A stretch of DNA of 63,091 nt, filler included, from Octopus bimaculoides (lineage: Eukaryota), in assembly GCF_001194135.2 (NCBI RefSeq). It is 4 parts of 3 records of this genome, joined end to end, with 100 filler letters (N's around TTAATTAATTAA, not from the genome) between each part and the next. Parts side by side here need not be neighbours in the genome. Positions count along the whole stretch, not along the records: positions 1 to 29,673 come from NC_068984.1; 3 more parts are not named here. The stretch is one strand, 5' to 3'. Position 1 is the stretch's first letter. Each line of letters begins with the position of its first letter. A model generated the notes under the pieces. That model was given only the letters and a program-made list of their open reading frames with translations. It did no database searches and was not told the origin of the DNA. This document shows positions 14,610-26,479 of the stretch, piece by piece. The position numbers were made by a program, and so were the translations under genes.

Positions 14610-15167
14610 CCGCTGACGTGGTCGATGACAGCACCGCCTGACTGGCACCCGTGCCAGTGGAACATTAAAAGCACCGTCTGCGCGTGATCGTTACCACGGC
14701 CGCTGACTGGCTCCTGTGCTGGTGGAACATAAAAAGCACCATTCAAGCGTGATCATTACCAGTGTCGCCTTACTGGCATTTGTGCTGGTGGCATGTGAAA
14801 AACATTTGAGCGAGGCCGTTGCCAGTGCTGCTGGACTGGCTCCTGTGCAGGTGGCACAGGAAAAACACCATTTGAGCATGGCTGTCGCCAGTACCGCCTG
14901 ACTGGCCCTCATGCCGGTGGCACGTAAAAACACCCACTACANNNNNNNNNNGCTGTCGCCAGTACCGCCTGACTGGCCCTCATGCCGGTGGCACGTAAAA
15001 ACACCCACTACACTCTCGGAGTGGTTGGCGTTAGGAAGGGCATCCAGCTGTAGAAATTCTGCCAGATCAGATTGGAGCCTGGTGCAGCGATCTGGCTCAT
15101 CAGTCCTCAGTCAAACCGTCCAACTCATGCCAGCATGGAAAGCAGACGTTAAACGATGATGATGATG
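14610..15167 (+). mobile_element. Family A SINE-like element with an internal ~65-bp tandem array (5 units)
   Basis: GACTGGC-anchored units start at 14640, 14705, 14771, 14834 and 14900, followed by the family A tail and (GAT)n. It contains a 10-N gap with duplicated flanks. Confidence 0.88.
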
Positions 15168-15456
15168 ATAGATATACATATATATTTTTGTCACTTAGTG
15201 TACCTACTGCATTAAGAACAGATAGTCATTAATCATTGTCAGTCAACATACAACAAGAAAATATCCCAAAATTCCATGCTATCATGTTAGTGAAATGAAA
15301 GTAAATTATGTCAAGAAGGATATTTTCAATTTACAGATTTTTAAAAGCATTTTCGTTTTAGTTTAAACATTTGCCTAAATTTAGTTTCCATTTATAATTT
15401 ATTAAGTGGCTTCTATTACCATCAAGTAACATTACTGTTTAAAAAGGATTGTATTA

Positions 15457-15498
<42 letters not shown>

Positions 15499-15786
15499 CA
15501 TTATATATCTGTGCATGTGTGTCTCTGTATGAATGAATGTTTGTGAATATTGATATGACAAGCTTGTTACTGCTTGAGAGAAATGGTGATGATCCTAACA
15601 TTCATGATTCATCATTCAATTGTTTTGAAGACATCTGAAGTAAAAATACAGAAAAATCTTCACCTGAAAGACTGGTAAGGTTTGGCAACAGAAAAAGTGT
15701 CTGGCTGTAAAATCCAGCCACATATAAACTTACCATCTAACAACATGCTAGCATGGAATAAACAGACATTAAACAAATGAAATGAA

Positions 15787-15824
<38 letters not shown>

Positions 15825-15828
<4 letters not shown>

Positions 15829-16686
15829 CAATGGGTAAATTGTCGCCATTTTATATTTTTAAGTTTACACATGCACATTGTTTGTTTTTGATTTTGTCAA
15901 CTACACAGTATAGTAGGGTCAGTTTGGCACTGTCTGTGAGAAAAACAACACCATGATACAATTCAGTCTGCCATAAATTTAGAAATGACATGCTGTATTG
16001 CATGGCATTCGTGCCAGAAGCTCCAATACAAACATTTCAGAAAGTTTGGATGTCAATCTGAGGACAGGTACTGAGAATGATAAAAATCAAATATCCAGTC
16101 AACATCATGGTGTTTGGAGTGATCACTAGTGATGATGACGTTATGCCTCCATTCGTCTTCCCACATGGCCTGAGACTCAACACAGAAGCCTACATCAAGT
16201 GCCTGGAGGTGGTAATGCTGCCCTGGGTCAAGAGGGTGGCTGCTGTGAGACCCTACGTCTGGCAACAGGACTCTGCACTATGTCACACAAGCAGGAGAAC
16301 CCAGCCATGGCAGTCAGACAATTTCTGTGACTACATCATCCCTAACAATATGGCCACCTAACTCCCAAGACTGCAATCCTCTTGATCATTATGTGTGAGG
16401 CGCAGTTGAGTGAGAGACCAACAAAACTCCTTGTAATACCAAAGATGAACAGAAGGCAAGGAAAATGGCAGTATTTACCAAATTAAAGAAGCAGACCACC
16501 CAGAAGAGTTGCAGGAGATTCCGAAGTCGTCTGGTGGCTGAAGCCAATGGCGATTTTATTGAATAAATTTACTCTTTAGTATTTCGAGATATTTTTATAT
16601 AATTTTGGGAAATATATCTGTTAAAATGAGATGTCAGTGTTATTTTCATTTCTGCGTAATTTAGACAATTTATTCACCGCACCCTG
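15825..16686 (+). mobile_element. DD37D (maT/Bmmar1-like) Tc1/mariner element, internally deleted pseudogene
   Basis: ORF 16077-16361 has IMVFGVITSD and YVWQQDS. After removing 1 extra nt it continues WPPNSQDCNPLD, giving 37 residues between the two Ds. Right TIR is GACAATTTATTCACCGCACCCTG-TA; the left TIR is degenerate (GGTAAATTGTC). Confidence 0.88.
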
Positions 16687-16741
16687 TACATATATATATA
16701 TATATATATTAGAAGGTTTGGAGGTGATGTTCAGGAATTAC

Positions 16742-16954
16742 ATATTAGAAAAAATAATAAGGTACTCAGATATCTGGATGGTTGTACATTTACAGATTTT
16801 TATAAATCATATATTAGCGTTTGCATCTATTCTAGTAGACTCTCCAGATTTTATTTTTCTTAATATATGATTTATAAAAACGTGACATATTAATAAACAT
16901 CTGTAAATGTACAATCATCCAGATATCTGAGTACCTTATTATTTTTTCTAATAT
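16742..16954. repeat. Long inverted repeat / foldback MITE-like element
   Basis: 16742-16816 is the reverse complement of 16861-16954 except for one substitution and a ~20-bp insertion in the right arm. Spacer is ~44 bp. Confidence 0.85.
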
Positions 16955-17690
16955 ATATATATACACACACACATACACATGTATTGTAAAATCAGATATC
17001 TTATATAATTAATCTTATCAGTTGTTTTGTTGATTATGTATATTTAAATTTTTCAATTATTTAAGAATCTATTTGTGGATAAATTATTTTCTACTATTGT
17101 TTTCTTTCATTACTTCTTGACACTCTTCAAGATAACTCCAGCCTACAGCACTTATTGCTCTACATTCAGCATTAATATCTTGTTATACAAATTGGTAAAC
17201 TAATTGTTGTGATCAGTTGAATTAATTATTAGATACCTATCCTTATAACCATTCACATAATACTATATTGTATTTGTAAATAGTATGAAGCAATGAGAGA
17301 TGAGTACTTAATATGAATTGAAGAAAGAATATTTATAAAAATGGTAAGCCAATATATATCATATATATGCATGTATCTATGTGGATATCATCATCATTTA
17401 ATGCCCATCGTCCATGCTGGCATATATATATATATTAAATACATACACATCTTTTCCATGCTTGCAATTGATTTTATATTTTGATGTTTTTTATCTGATG
17501 ACGGTGAGCTGTAAATAAATATTAAACCACCTGTAATAAATTGTTCTTATAACAAAATAGCCTGACTCCATAATTATCCCAACCAATACAATGCATTAGA
17601 CAAACATAGAGGCTTAGTGTGGCTTCTACATTGAAATTCATTAAGGTAGCTTGGCACATCACTAAGTATGTGTATATTAAGAAGGCAATG

Positions 17691-17722
<32 letters not shown>

Positions 17723-18012
17723 ATGCATGTTTATTAACTTTTATAAGGAAAAAATTGACAGCGATTTCAAAGTGTTGGCTTGCTCATAAGGCAAGCAAGA
17801 CAGTCAAAATTTCAAAGTCACTGTCAATCTTTTCCTTGTTAAAGTTAATATATGTATATATATATCAATTGAAGTGTACAGTATTATGTATACATTATGG
17901 CTGATCGTACCAATCAGTTTTGCACTAGGAGTTCAACGGAGTGCTAAGTATCTGTCCGATTATGTAACCCTTTGCTCTTCAGAGGTTGCCATTATGGAAT
18001 GAAATATGGCAA

Positions 18013-18047
<35 letters not shown>

Positions 18048-18196
18048 AGGCCTCTTTCAGTTTCTGTCTACCAAATCCACTATCGAGGATTTGGTTGGCT
18101 TGAGGTTGTACATTATAGTAGAAGATACTGCCCAAGGAGCTATGCAGTGAGACTGAACTTGGAACCATGTGGTGGGGAAGGAAATTTCTTACCACA
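18048..18196 (-). mobile_element. CORE-like tRNA-type SINE (family C)
   Basis: The reverse strand reads GTGGTAAGAAATTTCC...CCTTGGGCAGTATCTTCTACTA...GTGGATTTGGTAGACAGAAACTGAAAGAGGCC, similar to 33985-34135. Confidence 0.7.
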
Positions 18197-18732
18197 CAGC
18201 TACACCTATAGAATATACAGGTACTTATGTATGTTTTGAGAAAAAAAAATTTAAATAATGTTGTGCAAACGAGGCAAAAAAAGAGTATCAAATACAAAGT
18301 AATAAAATGATGTAGAATTTTATTTATTTCACTAACCATGACAAATAGTTTCATATTTTCAATCTTTAGATGAAACAAGAAAAGCTTTATATATTCCTTC
18401 ACATGAAAAATTACATTTCCTATGAAAATATACAGACTTCCACAATTGTCTGAAGATTGCAAATGTGATACTATTGATAATGGTAAGTGAAGTTTTCATT
18501 CAGATTCATATGTACACACACACATTCATACATACATATAATTTTATTCTTTAAACTTTTGACCTATATATTTTGTATCAATATATGTAATTATTTTAAA
18601 ACTATCACACTGATATCAAACAATTGTCATCTCAAAGAACTTTAAATTTAATTAAATTTTGATGAATTCAACCTATCAAGTTTATCTTTAGCTTTTGCTA
18701 TCAGCATGTGATACTCACATACATGCACAAAC

Positions 18733-19031
18733 TCGCCTGACTGGCTCCTGTAGGATTTTCGAGCGAGATCGTTGCCAGTGCCCCTGGACTGGCTTGTGCG
18801 GGTGGCACATAAAAGACACCATTTCGAGCGTGGCCGTTTTCGTGCGGGTGACACGTAAAAGCACCCACTACACTCTCTGAGTGGTTGGCGTTAGGAAGGG
18901 CATCCAGCTGTAGAAACTCTGCCAAATCAGATTGGAGCCTGGTGTTGCCATCCGGTTTCACCAGTCCTCAGTCAAATCGTCCAACCCATGCTAGCATGGA
19001 AAGCGGACGTTAAACGATGATGATGATGATG
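18733..19031 (+). mobile_element. Family A SINE-like element, young copy
   Basis: 18804-19031 differs from 1-228 at one position apart from tail length. (GAT)n tail present. Confidence 0.92.
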
Positions 19032-19106
19032 TATACATACATATATATATAAACACATGTATTTATGTGTGTAGGTGTGAGAGCGTTATGTATGTGTGTG
19101 TGTGTG

Positions 19107-19142
<36 letters not shown>

Positions 19143-19660
19143 ACATGTATATATGTGGGTGCATGTATGTATATATAGAAACACAAATGTGCTATATGTA
19201 CACCACACAAACATATATACACTCGAAAAACAACACAATCTTAGACGTATACAATTCCATTCATACACACATTTTAGTTTGGTTTCTCTTTAAATCAAGT
19301 ATAATATACAAAATATAAACTTTTATTTATATATTTTTCTAAAATAAACAAATTTATAACATTTTTGAAAAATATGAAACTGATACTTTTCTACAAAAAA
19401 ATATCAGGAATAAAAATTAACATATGATAAATACATTTTCTTACAGAAATATACATAAACATTATAAATTGTTGGTATATATATATCCATTTATTTACAT
19501 GGATTTTTAAAAAATAAAACTCAATATATAAAAAGTGAACAAAAATCAAACAAAATCAAACAAAACAACTCATAACTGATATTGAATTGCATGTCAGTTG
19601 ATTTAAAAAAAAAAAATTCATTGCTTCCAATTCTCAATATAAATGGAGATATAATGTATA

Positions 19661-19716
<56 letters not shown>

Positions 19717-19913
19717 GTACACACACATACACGCATTTACACACACATGCATACATACACACATTCACACACACAAACCACTTGTTTTTCTTCCTTAATG
19801 GAACAAACAATTTTGATTTACATATGAAAAATAAAAATAATAGTAAGAATAATTTAAAAGAAGAAGAAAAAGAAGAAGCATGTTAAAATTATTGTCAATG
19901 TGTAATGTTATGT

Positions 19914-20713
19914 TCAAATATCGATAGCATAATACAGCAGTGTGTTTAAAGATTTGTAATCATCTTTGTTGTAATCGAAAAGGCAAACTTCATGGATTTC
20001 ATTATAACCAGATTGAGTGACTGCAAGAAAACCATTATTACAATAACTCACACATTTTGGTGTAGTCAGACCATCTTTTGGTGTAATTACTTCCCATAAG
20101 CGTCCATTCTTGGCCAAGATATAGATTGTACTGTTACAGATAACTAATGTGTTGCCATCAGCATCTGAACACATTCCCTGTAGGTTTGCATAGCATTCAA
20201 CTGACAAATGAAAGTCTTGTAAAGTGAAACTTCTAAGCAGATGACCATCAAATCGAAATAATTTTATACAACTATTTCCCGAGTCACTCACCAAGATCTG
20301 TTTTTGCTTGTTGACTGTAACAAAATAAGGATGGTCAAAATCTCGTGGACTGTCTCCATAAGAGCCAAAACTGTGACTGAACTCACCATTTTTGGTCATC
20401 ACAGTAACACAATGTTTGCAGATGTCTGTGACAACAAAGTCTCCATCAGGACTGATAGCAAGACCATATGGGAACTCAAAGAACTTGCTGCTACCACATA
20501 CTTGGACTAAGTTGCCCTCTTGAGTGAAAATTTTGATGCAAGCATTCACACTGTCTGTTACAGCAATGTTTTCTTCATTTGTCATTGCCAAACACATTGG
20601 GTAGTTAATTTGATCAGGTCTTATTCCTTTGCTTCCAAATTTTACTTTTAGGATCCCTTCACTTGTAAATATTTGTACCCTGTGGTTTTCAGAGTCAGCC
20701 ACAACAATGTCTC
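19914..20713 (-). CDS. Terminal coding exon of an NHL-repeat (TRIM2/3/71-like beta-propeller) protein
   Basis: Uninterrupted ORF with repeated NHL motifs: IVVADSENHRVQIF, YPMCLA..IAVTDS, FPYGLAISPDGDFVVTD, FDHPYFVTVNKQKQILVSDSGNSCIKLF. Acceptor TTTCAG|GA at 20714/20713; TGA at 19916-19914. Confidence 0.93.
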
Positions 20714-20961
20714 CTGAAAGAATAAATGGACTAATTAATATAACATTTAATTTCATATTTCCAGGCTGAAAAATCTCTCTAAAATCAAGGATAAGGAGGT
20801 AGAAATATTGACAATAAAGAACATAAAACTAAGAATGGTGCTTATGATAAAGAGATGTCTCCGAATAAGAACTCCAGAAAATTGTGTTGCTGAGCTGTAT
20901 ACATATTCTGGGGAAGACCATCTTCAATTGATATATATATATATAATGATAAACATGAACT

Positions 20962-21247
20962 ATCATCATCATCATCATCGTTTAACGTCCGCTTTCCATG
21001 CTAGCATGGGTTGGACGATTTGACTGAGGACTGGTGAAACCGGGTGGCAACACCAGGCTCCAATCTAATTTGGCAGAGTTTCTACAGCTGGATGCCCTTC
21101 CTAACGCCAACCACTCAGAGAGTGTAGTGGGTGCTTTTACGTTTCACCCGCACGAAGGCCAGTCAGGCGGTACTGGCAACGGCCACGCTCGAAATGGTGT
21201 ATTTTATGTGCCACCCGCACAAGAGCCAGTCCAGGGGCACTGGCAAA
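20962..21247 (-). mobile_element. Family A SINE-like element inside the NHL gene intron
   Basis: Reverse complement of the family A tail, with two internal ~65-bp units. Confidence 0.92.
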
Positions 21248-22653
21248 GATCCCCATTTTAATTTTCGTAAAAGTTTCCAAGTACCAATGAGGCTTTTTGG
21301 NNNNNNNNNNNNNNNNNNNNNNNNNNNNNNNNNNNNNNNNNNNNNNNNNNNNNNNNNNNNNNNNNNNNNNNNNNNNNNNNNNNNNNNNNNNNNNNNNNNN
21401 NNNNNNNNNNNNNNNNNNNNNNNNNNNNNNNNNNNNNNNNNNNNNNNNNNNNNNNNNNNNNNNNNNNNNNNNNNNNNNNNNNNNNNNNNNNNNNNNNNNN
21501 NNNNNNNNNNNNNNNNNNNNNNNNNNNNNNNNNNNNNNNNNNNNNNNNNNNNNNNNNNNNNNNNNNNNNNNNNNNNNNNNNNNNNNNNNNNNNNNNNNNN
21601 NNNNNNNNNNNNNNNNNNNNNNNNNNNNNNNNNNNNNNNNNNNNNNNNNNNNNNNNNNNNNNNNNNNNNNNNNNNNNNNNNNNNNNNNNNNNNNNNNNNN
21701 NNNNNNNNNNNNNNNNNNNNNNNNNNNNNNNNNNNNNNNNNNNNNNNNNNNNNNNNNNNNNNNNNNNNNNNNNNNNNNNNNNNNNNNNNNNNNNNNNNNN
21801 NNNNNNNNNNNNNNNNNNNNNNNNNNNNNNNNNNNNNNNNNNNNNNNNNNNNNNNNNNNNNNNNNNNNNNNNNNNNNNNNNNNNNNNNNNNNNNNNNNNN
21901 NNNNNNNNNNNNNNNNNNNNNNNNNNNNNNTATATATATATATATATATATATATATCATGAACTAACTATTACTTTCTAAGATGCAGCACAGAATTTTG
22001 TCAGTGAACAGGTCGCGGTCTCAAAGCGACGAAAATATTTTGACAAATTAAATTTAAATGTTGAAGTGAATCTAACGGATTTTGTGTGTTATTTTAAATG
22101 GCTTATAAACACCTTCCACGCTGCAATCGTTTTCGTTCCAGCACACGATCTCAGATCAGGTCACTTGCTATGCAAGTACATCTCCGTAATATATATAACA
22201 GTTCTATCAAAACTATCATAGATTCATTTTAATCTGTTCCATGAATCAGCATCCAAAAGAAAGCATCTGACTAATTAGCAAGGACTCACTCACCAACATA
22301 CGCCAACATCAAGCCCACAGAAGCAATATCTCTTCACACTACTTCAAGTATAGTAACTCTACTCCTTGTAGCATACGACCTCTATCTGAACACACTTGAA
22401 TGCATCCATCTCTCTTTGTTCCATTCTGTATCTCTCCTACACTAATGACCATCCCAAATCTTCTATTCATACCCATGTTTTTCTTGTAGCCATCAATGTT
22501 TTAATGATATTAGTCCTTCAAATTTTTAATCATTAATCTCATTCATCTATCTTGGGTCTGACTGTAAGAGGCTATGAAATAGTAAAATTTAAAAAATGAA
22601 AGATGAATTCAACTATAAAACATTCTTGTGGAACAGAATTAAATATTTCTCAC

Positions 22654-22816
22654 CAGATTTTGTTACAGCAATTCCGCAGGGCATATTGAAGCAGTTACGA
22701 CCTCGGCCCTTCTTGCCAAACCGGAGTGTTAGCTTACTACACTCGGTATCAGCTCCCTGTCTTGACTTGTAATTGTCCATATGTAGGATACGGCGTAATA
22801 GATACATGGCCACCAT
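22654..22816 (-). CDS. Penultimate coding exon of the NHL-repeat gene (5' boundary uncertain: ATG 22816, or acceptors at 22835 / 22873)
   Basis: MVAMYLLRRILH...LRFGKKGRGRNCFNMPCGIAVTKS carries the first half of an NHL repeat. Donor G|GTGAG at 22654/22653 joins in phase 1 to 20713, giving TKSG-DIVVADSENHRV. Confidence 0.88.
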
Positions 22817-25800
22817 TAACTGTTGTTTACTTTCTCTGTAGCAAGTGATGAAGTGTTGGTAATAGAAAATTTACTGAAAATGGGCTGCAGGACAGTGGAC
22901 ATAAGAAGAGGTAGACTTCCTGGATTCATGACAGCCACTTGATCGACATTGCTGCAAAATAGAATCACGAAACAGATTACCTTTTATATATTTCTGAGGT
23001 TACTATTATTTTTTCTTTTTAATCACAAAAAAGGGTTAAGTTTTGTTGTTATTTATATTTTTGTTCCAACTGTCTTTGCTATTCATTTCATATCTCTGAA
23101 GAGAATGATTTGTTGTTTAGCTCTTGATTGACCTTATCTAAGTTCAAACACATTTCAGTTATGTCAAGGGTAACATTATCTAATGTACCGCTTTGTTTTC
23201 TTTTGTGTTTTTAAGGTAGTTTGACAGCTATTTGTAGGTCAAGCAATCACAAAGACACTCTTTCATTTGCTTATGAAATGTGTCAGCCATCATTTTAGAA
23301 AATACTTCCAATGGTTGGATCATGTATTGAAGTTTCTTGCAACAGACACAAATGAGATCCTTAATTTGATACTAGCAGGCTTGTGTCCAATTAAGAGAAA
23401 GAGTGATTATACAAATAAGAAGTCCAATGTAGGTCATATATCAGCATGTGTATATATAAAAAATTTCTTTTCAGAATGAGATAAAAAAACCCATGGCTGT
23501 GAAGATTTTAGAACATCTATAAATAGGTCTTACAGCTGTTTCCAGGATATTTATTATATCTCTTCATCGGAGATGGTGTGAGAAAATGGTTAAGCAATAG
23601 TTAATTTAGATAAGATACAAAATAGAGAGTGAAGTGGAGGAATGAAAATAGATGTGAGATATGCAGGAATATTGCATTTGTAGATCCATTATTTAGACAG
23701 AATGGTATACATCTAAGATTCCAATACCTTGTGAGTAAAATCCAATAGTATTTAAAATTGGTCAAATTTTACAAACTTTTGATGAGATACTTGCAAATCC
23801 AGTATCAAAAATAATTTCATCTGTGTACCCATAACTTTTGGTACAATAGGACATATACCAAGCTACTTGGATCAAAGTATGGATGAACTTGGATTCTTGG
23901 AGAAAGAATACAACTCCATAATTCACACACAACTAAAAAAGTGATGATGATCTCCGGGACTATAAAAATCTGTGAGACCTTTTTAAAATTTAAAGATTGA
24001 ACATTTGTGCAAAGGATGATGAGAACAAAACCTTTTTCTTTACAACTTTGCTACCAAGATATCCAAGTGGAATGAAACTATGGAAATGAAAAATCAAAGA
24101 CGAAATGAGTAGAAGTGCTAAAATGTCATCTCAGGATGTTGAACCACACAAAACAGATAAGAGAATGCAACAATTGGAGAGGTACCATGTTTGAAACGAC
24201 CTCTCTAATTCATGCAAGTAAGGTAAAGCAGACATAAAACTAACGATGAAGATAATGAAGATGATGATGGTGGTGGTGACACACATACATACATAGAAAG
24301 AAAGAAAGAAAGAAAAAAAAGGAATTCTCAACTATAGCATGATCTATAGATCTTTTTTTTATGATCTAAAAGAGTTAGATCATATCTCTGTGTTTATGAT
24401 CTAAATGCAAAGATTATGACATCTGTTTGAACATGACTTTCATTTTTCTCTGAATGGTATTCATTGTTCCCATTGTTCTTCAGATTGTTTCTATAAGATT
24501 CTGGCATGTTGAGCAAAACATAAACCTTATGCTAACAGAAAATTGTGCCATATAAAAGAGTTCAAAGAGCAATGTAAAATACAAAACAATTTATATGAGA
24601 ATAGTGGAAGTAAATTTGTGTGTTGAGCTCAGCTTGACATCTTGAGTTTTGTGATTGCAAGAATAATTTATATATTCAAAGTAATGTTCTAAATCTGGGA
24701 CTTATGATTATTCTACAGAAAGACCAAATTAAAAACAATGTTTTTTTTTCTAGTTAATGTGAGTAAAGAACAATAAATGTTAGTTTCTAACACTGGTGCA
24801 ATGTCACAAAAATAATCGATTCTTCAGTCCCAGTACTTGTCTAATACTGTAACAACCTGAGGAGGATAGAAAGCAAAACTAATCTTGACATGACTAGAAC
24901 TCGTAGTACTAAAAGCCATCAATTAGATACCATTATGTATTTTCCTTGATGCAATAGCTATTTGGCCAATAAATAGTGATAAATCATGAACATCTAATTT
25001 ATCATATTTCTGTTGAAATACACTACCTTTATTTTGATTAATTTAAAAATAATCAAGTATTTAGTAAAATAACTTTATTGCTATTAAGCTAGGGTTTGAC
25101 ACTTATATTCACATGAAATTTTGATGGACAGTTTTAATTTGGATCGCCTTGAACATGAAGTGTATATCATAAAACCAGGGGAAGTTTCGTGCAGGCTGGT
25201 ATTAAAATGGTTACATTTATACAGAACTAAGAATGATACAGTACGATGACCATACCTTTCCCATTGGTATTAATCCTGTAAATAAAATGGTTACAACAAG
25301 GAATTGAACCAAGTTGTATTGCATTACTTGGCTTACCAAGAACTTATTTCTACTTTACTGTACTTTCTGAAATATGATTGCTAACTCAGATACAAGGATA
25401 TGAATCACAGAAAAATATAACAAGATATCTCATGTGTTGCTCATCTGATTCTGCTAGTTTCTCTCTACCTTCTTGCACTTACTAAAATATGTAAAAAATA
25501 TTCAAGGCAAAAAAAAAAAAATGATTTAGTCATATGATCTTTAATATTTAATACAACATGCAGCACAGCAATTAGCTTTAAGTATGTTTAAATTAAGAAA
25601 AAAAAAGGGGGGGAGCATGAATGGAACACTCCGAATGATGGAAATAATCAGGAAAATGGAAAACTTGGAGCTTATTCAAATGCTTCATACATTGAAGGTT
25701 AAGTGTACTGAGGGAATTCATAATCAGTTGGTGCTATGTGCTTCTTGAATTTTTATAATATTTTTCTTTGTTAAAAAAAAAAGAGACAATTTTCCTAAAG

Positions 25801-26479
25801 GTAAATTGAAGAAATATTAATAGCAAAATTTAATCTACATATATTTTGTCAGCGGCATATTTAAATAAATCAGAATTACTCTTTAGTTTATTTAAAAAAA
25901 CTTTTTGTTCTATTTTCATAAAAACTTGTGCAAGTTTTAAATATGTTTTGTTGAGAAAATGTTAATAAAGATTGGCATAGAATTAAAGTAGCATTTATGT
26001 GCATTATGGAATTTATATCACATATGAAGAATGGTATTTATTTTGTGGGAAAAGCCTAGGAGAAGGCACTGTGAAATCAAACCTGTAGTTGATGTAGCTA
26101 CCAATCATTTTGCAACCCTCATCAAAGGATTCCAATCACAGATAGAATTAGATGTGTATTGTAGAAGCATATATCACTTTAATTGATGTACAATTGTTTC
26201 ATTTTGTTTGGTTCATCTTTTCTCTCTATCAAAGTCCTTTGACACTGTTGGAGTAGCAACATGAGTAGACTTAACCATTTGGAGACGTACAGATATGAAT
26301 CTATACACAAGGTGACAGGAAACTTAACCTAATGTAATTGTCATGTTTCCATGTGCAGAAATAGCTTTGGTTGAGTTTCCTGTATCTATTTAGAAGAGCA
26401 CTATTCATTCAGTCATTTTGTGTGTAGGAAGGCACTAGAAAAAGTGCACGAAAAATTGCCTGTTCAACTGTGCAGGTTA

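Noticed and set aside
14640-14940. Regularly spaced repeats as a CRISPR-like array
   Set aside because: The units are contiguous diverged tandem copies with no unique spacers, inside a eukaryotic SINE-like repeat, with no cas genes.
14881-15012. Perfect 61-bp direct duplication around a 10-N gap
   Set aside because: Identical sequence on both sides of a tiny gap is typical of unmerged overlapping contig ends, so it is not counted as an extra unit.
17992-18462. 156-aa minus-strand ORF
   Set aside because: It runs through AT-rich sequence, a SINE and a (TG)n tract, and has no recognisable domain.
21030-21050. CTGAGGA-CTGGT-GAAAC on the antisense of family A as a hammerhead core
   Set aside because: Only 5 nt lie between the core motifs, so stem II cannot form. 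The 15.1-kb copy also lacks the GAAAC.
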